A stretch of DNA of 64,000 nt, taken from the IMG/VR virus record IMGVR_UViG_3300014152_000001, positions 32,001-96,000 of that record, one strand, 5' to 3'. The position numbers and the translations under genes are program-made. Shown here in pieces: positions 58,935 to 64,000 of the stretch. How positions within the stretch are numbered: position 1 is the first letter of the stretch; each line of letters starts with the position of its first letter. The notes under the pieces were generated by a model. That model saw only the letters and a list, made by a program, of their open reading frames with translations. It was not told the origin of the DNA and did no database searches. This DNA comes from a virus.

Positions 58935-60963
58935 ATGAGCAAACTCTTCGGGTTGATAGGGCTTGGCTTCTTGGCCCTCGTTGGAGCATTCGACTGGTGG
59001 GTATGGTTCAACCTTCTTACTTCTGGATTTGTCGAATGCTCTGGACATATGGGCGCACTCATAGGTTTCACTCTTTTAGCGATTATCTCTATTCCAGCGA
59101 CCATCTTTGGCTTCATAACTGGTCTGTCGATTATGGTGGCTGACTAATGCCAGAAGACCATCCAGACGAAGGATACTCGGACATCCTAAAGGAACTAGAC
59201 AAAGAAGAGAAGGACAGGAAACTCCGTATGAAGATAAGAAGGGGTGAAGACTTAGGGCCGGCCATGTGTGTGACTCCCTTCGCTGTCGCTCCTACACAAG
59301 AGGAAGACATTGCAGAAGACAAAGCGTTCCAAGAGTTCATGAAGGGATACACTAGAGACGTTCACATGATGGCAAAGGTCTTGTCGGCATTAGCCAAAGC
59401 GATGGACAAATATCCTCACCTAAGACTAGGGCAGTTGCTCTATGTCGTCATACAGAACCTAGACTCGAAGAATGGGAAGATAGGAGACGAGTTGTCTTAC
59501 ATGAGGAACTTCCATCTGAGGCTCTTCAACATCTATGACGAAGAAGTCATAAGGGCGATTGAAGCGTTTGACTGAACACTGCAAGTGGTGTGCAAACGAC
59601 ATCGTGAAAGAGGACAATAGCCTAGAGGTAAGAGAGTTCCACACTAGCGGTAAGACTTGCTACTACTTCTGTGACTACGATTGTCTGGTGTTCTGGGCAA
59701 AAGCCAATTGCAAAACAAACATCATTGGTGTGTTGAATGAGTCATGAACCGTCACATCTCAATCTCTCTACCAGTATCTACGTTGATGGTAGACTCGCGG
59801 CAGAAGTCACCAAAGAAGACAAGCCCCTCTTCATTGAAGCCTACACCAAACTCTTTCCCACGGCCACCATTGAGGCATTTACCGTGCTACAATTGGTTAA
59901 GAGAAAGAAGGCCGAAAGGGAAGCACAGGAAGCCACACAAGAAGGAGTGGACGTAGAATGATTGGAAGATGCGACTGTTGCGATTTGGAAGGGTGCGTAT
60001 GCGAAGATTGTCTCTATTGTGGTGGAGAAGAGGAAGAAGTGATTGTCACCAATACCGCAGAAGGTAGAGATGAACGTTGGGAAGCAGAGAACAAGGCCAT
60101 AAAAGAGAGGAACTTCTCTAAATGAAAACCAGTAGAGTGAAGAAACTCAAAGGCCGGATAGAGTTCGGTTGTGAATCTGGAGAATATCCTTTTTCAAGAG
60201 AACAGATGGAGAAATTGGCCAAGGACTTCGTAGGCAAGTCCGTTACCATCTATACCAAAGACGACTTCAAGGGAGAGAGAAAGGTAGTGGGCAAGGTCAT
60301 TGAAGCCCATGTTGTCGGAGTATCTTGGCTCCAAGACCATATAGACTATGAGGTCGAGGTAGCATGAGAACCTCTACCAAGTTTTTGGTAGTCGCAATAG
60401 TAATGGGTCTTCTTGACATCCTTTCAAATTCCCCTCTCCTTCTTATAGTGTCAACCGTAATGCTCTATGGGTTTTTCTACTACAGCGGCAAAGAGGTAAC
60501 AAAGAAAGAGGTAACGGATACCATTGACAAGACCCTGTTGCAGATGAACAGCAACTTGAAGTGCGACCTCTGCGACCAGACTCTACACCTGACAGAACTG
60601 GAAGGGAAGTGGGCGTGTGACAGTTGCATCATAAAGAATTGGGCGAAGCACTGTCCAGTGTGTGGAAAGGATATGCCACTCGCTGACACCAAAATGAGGG
60701 TAGACCACATAGCCGAGCATGAGAGAAGGGGAGAACTATAAGTGAGAGAGACCAACATAGAGTATAGTTGTAAGAAATGTGGCAAACAATTCAGACTATT
60801 CTCTGACGATGGTATGGGAGACCAGACAATCTGTTGGAACTACTGTCCTCATTGTGGGGCAAGGAACGACATTTGGATACGATTCCTCAACGAGAAACAG
60901 TTGAAAGATGTGCCTCTAGGCATTAGCCCTCTCCCGTCAGGAACCAAGAAGGGGCAACTATAG
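58935..60963 (+). CDS. Run of small hypothetical, membrane and Zn-finger genes (58935, 59147, 59737, 60122, 60364, 60742)
   Basis: Overlapping stop/start coupling; CxxC pairs; TM segments. Confidence 0.5.
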
Positions 60964-61880
60964 GCATGAATCCTTATAAGCCTCGCAAGCAAGAAGTAAA
61001 CTATGGACAGTCTCGGTATATGGTGGGGCTTCAAGTGGAAGATAGCGGTGGCCGCAATTCTCATCCTTCTAATCATAGCCATACTTCCTCTCTTCTCATG
61101 GTGAAATAGACATGAGCGAACTTCAAAGATACACAATACTGATTTTTCTGATGCTACTCGCCATAGCCGTCATCATTGTGGTGGGGAACATCTACTCTTG
61201 AGCCTAGCCAAGTTCGATATGACATCGCCCAAGCCTAAGCCAGTAGAAGAGAAGATGGTTGAAGTCCGATGCTCTATATGCACCAAGAGGTTCATGACCC
61301 CAGAGTGGACTCTTGAGACAGGAGAGCCACAAGTCTGCTCTAAGAAGTGTGCATGGGAGATGGGACATTGACATACTCCTACCACTTGTATATTCTACCG
61401 AAGAAGACCGAATCTGAGTCTGCCAAAGAGGAACCAAAAGAACCTATAGAAGACTTATTAAGGGCACTACAAAAGGGTAATGGGCATGAGTAATAGCAAA
61501 GCACGAAGCATGAGTGAGGATGATTGGGACTTGATGGAATATCTCTGGCGTTTGGGGCTTCAAAACCCCGTAGCGTTATGGAAATGGTGGGACTATGGAA
61601 GTGGACAGTAAGGCTCTCCAAGCTAGAGACGCGGAGACTAAAGAGGCCGAGCCAGAGCCAGTCACACAATCTGTCTATGAGATAGAACTGACTAAGATAG
61701 ATGAAGAATACAATCGGAACCCAAGCCCGAAACTTCTGAAACAAAGATTCGACCTTCTGGTAAAGTTGATGCGGAAATGACTTTAGCCAATGTTGACAAA
61801 CTGGCCGCGGCCAAAAAGAACTATGTTGTTCTTGAACCCTCAATCATGAAATACATCAATAAGGTTCCACGCTTGCCGAG

Positions 61881-62387
61881 TTGGATAGTAGTATCTTGAT
61901 AATCTGTCATGTAGATGGACTGTGCGAACCTAATCGGTATGGAGGGGTTGCCACCTATGGAGTGGTTATCCGAAAGGAAGACGGAGAACTCGTCTTCATG
62001 GGTAGTGGAATGATAGGAGAGGGCAAAGGTATGTCCAATCAGGTCGCGGAATACTATGCTGTAATAGGTGCGCTCAAGAGTTTGATTGACCACTATCTGG
62101 CCAATGAAGAGGTCATAATCTACACCGACTCCAAACTGGTAGCGGAGCAGATGAATGGCCATTGGAAGGCCGTAAGCGGAGTCTACTTGCCCTACTTCCT
62201 TAAGACCAGAGACTATCAAACCCAGTTCAGCAATCTGAAATTCCAATGGATAAGCCGAAACCTTAATAAAGAAGCAGATTCTCTTACTAGGCAAGTATAT
62301 GAAGAGTATTGCAAAGCAACTGGAAGACCTGTCATATATGGAGAGCATGAAAAAATGCCGAGATTGTGGAACAGAACTCACAAATGA
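61881..62387 (+). CDS. rnhA: Ribonuclease HI
   Basis: HVDG, SNQVAEYYA, YTDSKLV..QMNG.W, WISRNLNKEAD. Confidence 0.9.
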   Translation: MDSSILIICHVDGLCEPNRYGGVATYGVVIRKEDGELVFMGSGMIGEGKGMSNQVAEYYAVIGALKSLIDHYLANEEVIIYTDSKLVAEQMNGHWKAVSGVYLPYFLKTRDYQTQFSNLKFQWISRNLNKEADSLTRQVYEEYCKATGRPVIYGEHEKMPRLWNRTHK

Positions 62388-62850
62388 AAATTGGTCTTTC
62401 TCTCGACAAAGGAATAAATCTTTCTATTGTCGAAACTGTTGCAAAGTTCGCCAACATCAATGGCGCATCAAAAACACTACTCACGAAAGAGAATACGGAA
62501 AGAAATGGAGAGCAACACATAAGCAACAGAGAAGAGATTATGCTAAAACCATTGGACAAGAGAATAAATTGGAAGTTCTTCGCCATTACTCTGGCAATGT
62601 CGTCATCCCATTTTGTGCTTGTTGCAAAGAGAATCGGATTGAGTTCCTCACACTTGACCATATCAAAGATAACGGCTATCAAGAGACTGTTTCCCATCGA
62701 AAGACTCTCTATTTTTACCTCATTAAACAAGCCTTTCCAGAGGGCTATCAAGTTCTTTGTTGGAATTGCAATGAAGCAAAGGCGCACTACGGATACTGCC
62801 CACACCAAACACATAAATATACCCAGAGGCGAGAACTCCGAGGCAGATAG
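62347..62850 (+). CDS. HNH endonuclease with N-terminal Zn finger
   Basis: MKKCRDCG..CRNC; TLDHIKDNG...YQVLCWNCN..CPH. Confidence 0.8.
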   Translation: MKKCRDCGTELTNENWSFSRQRNKSFYCRNCCKVRQHQWRIKNTTHEREYGKKWRATHKQQRRDYAKTIGQENKLEVLRHYSGNVVIPFCACCKENRIEFLTLDHIKDNGYQETVSHRKTLYFYLIKQAFPEGYQVLCWNCNEAKAHYGYCPHQTHKYTQRRELRGR

Positions 62851-62959
62851 AATGTCTCGCATGGCTTATGAAACGTGGATGTTGGCCAATGGTCGCAAGC
62901 CTCTGTATGGGAAACGACAGAATGTTTATAAAGGTCGCAAACAGAGGGGTGTGCTATGA
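62819..62959 (+). pseudogene. Displaced second copy of the RNase HI C-terminus
   Basis: IPRGENSEADRMSRMAYETWMLANGRKPLYG aligns with ISRNLNKEADSLTRQVYEEYCKATGRPVIYG. Confidence 0.85.
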
Positions 62960-63804
62960 GCAAGAACAAAAGATTCAAGAAGGTAGACAGATTCTTCAAA
63001 GCGATAAGAATCGTCTTCATAGGTGATATGCACGTTGGGTCAATCTACTCTGTGGCCTCTCCATTCGTTACCTTGACTTCAAACGATGCTCCCACTACGC
63101 TTGAAACAACGAAGAAGCAACACGCTTTGTTTGAGGTATTTTCAGAGTGTGCGAAGAAGTTCTCCCAACCTGACCTTCTAATGGTAGTTGGAGAGCCGAT
63201 TGATGGCCCTAACCCTAAAAGCCCACAAGACGCTTGGACGCTGAATACAACAGACCAGATAAATGAGGCCGAAAAACTGGTCAAGATGTTCGGAGCCAAG
63301 AAGATTAAAATGGTCAGAGGGTCTGGCTATCACGGAAGCAACATGAGAGGGCAGAATGCGGAAATGACCTTTGCGGAACAGGTGGGCGTTAGTCCCAATT
63401 CCGATGGCGAGTTGGTTCCAGCAGAGCACCTATTAAACGTCAATGGCACACGCATTCTCGTTGCTCATCACCAACCCAATTATACGGTGTATAGGGCAAC
63501 TGGCTTAAACAAACAAGTCAAAAATATGTATGTAAACGCGGGAGTCAGAGAAACGAAACCTTACAATTGTATGGTGTTCGGCCATGTCCACTTCTACGAT
63601 TGTGTAGACATATACAAGTGCAAAGTCATCTCATTGCCAAGTTGGAAACTGAACGATTGGTTCAGCAAAAAGACCGGAATTGGTGACGATTCCAGCATCG
63701 GTGCAGTTCAACTCACAATCCAGCCCAACGGAAAAATGACCGTAGAAGCACTCATCTACGACCTACCACATGAAAGAGAACCAGAAGAGGAAGTCGTCTC
63801 ATGA
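62956..63804 (+). CDS. Calcineurin-like metallophosphoesterase
   Basis: GDMHVG, GEPIDG, GSGYH, AHH, FGHVH. Confidence 0.85.
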   Translation: MSKNKRFKKVDRFFKAIRIVFIGDMHVGSIYSVASPFVTLTSNDAPTTLETTKKQHALFEVFSECAKKFSQPDLLMVVGEPIDGPNPKSPQDAWTLNTTDQINEAEKLVKMFGAKKIKMVRGSGYHGSNMRGQNAEMTFAEQVGVSPNSDGELVPAEHLLNVNGTRILVAHHQPNYTVYRATGLNKQVKNMYVNAGVRETKPYNCMVFGHVHFYDCVDIYKCKVISLPSWKLNDWFSKKTGIGDDSSIGAVQLTIQPNGKMTVEALIYDLPHEREPEEEVVS

Positions 63805-64000
63805 AGACTCCAAAGTTAGTTCGTAGAGAACCCCCTCAGACCACCGAGCCAGAGCATCCTGAACTGGTCTTGCCAGAGGAAGACGTTCCCGAAGAACTGC
63901 TTCCTTACAGTATGACCATTGACGGCTTCTATCAAGAAGTGAAACGAGCACCTGCTGACAAACCACTGAGACGGAGAAATCTCATCTTCTTGGTGAAGTC

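Larger units (their letters stand above)
1..64000. mobile_element. Segment of an archaeal tailed (HK97-type) virus or provirus genome
   Basis: Protease-scaffold-decoration-MCP module, head-completion and fibre genes, dense small ORFs, archaeal TATA promoters, no cellular housekeeping operons. Confidence 0.9.

Noticed and set aside
62250-62818. Group I or bulge-helix-bulge intron in RNase HI
   Set aside because: The gene is already complete without splicing, and the insert is fully occupied by the replacement end and the HNH ORF, leaving no room for a ribozyme core. No BHB motif was seen by eye. Not formally excluded without RNA data.
62366-62959. 197 aa ORF as a real gene
   Set aside because: Mostly an alternative frame of the HNH gene; only the last 46 codons are meaningful (RNase H remnant).
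1-64000. CRISPR array, tRNA or rRNA genes
   Set aside because: No regularly spaced repeats or cloverleaf/rRNA signatures were seen by eye; tRNAscan-SE or Infernal would be needed to exclude them.

Overview
This window looks like 64 kb of a large head-tail (HK97-fold, Caudoviricetes-type) archaeal virus or provirus. The host is probably a TACK-lineage archaeon; this is an inference from TATA-box promoters, leaderless genes, a single-OB SSB and an archaeal-type uS2. All product calls come from motif reading, not database searches. Left part (1-42 kb, both strands): head-completion genes, prohead protease, scaffold, decoration protein, major capsid protein, fibre/Ig-repeat proteins, and a minus-strand operon (papain protease, NTP-transferase, exonuclease, DHH nuclease, ribosomal protein uS2). 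A repeat-rich region at about 42.6-43.7 kb carries ORB-like boxes and is a candidate origin. Right part (44-64 kb, all + strand): many small genes, two amidoligases, a class II glutamine amidotransferase, an ATP-grasp enzyme, RNase HI and a metallophosphoesterase. About 16 free-standing endonuclease genes (HNH, EndoVII, LAGLIDADG, Vsr-like) are scattered through the window. The most striking pattern is that several inserted genes, mostly endonucleases, are flanked by diverged, recoded duplicates of a neighbouring gene's end (RNase H 3' end, SWIM gene 5' end, others), and one is followed by an orphan recoded capsid 5' end. This suggests splicing-free 'insert and rescue' cassettes. No portal, large terminase, tape measure, polymerase, tRNA or CRISPR array was recognised.
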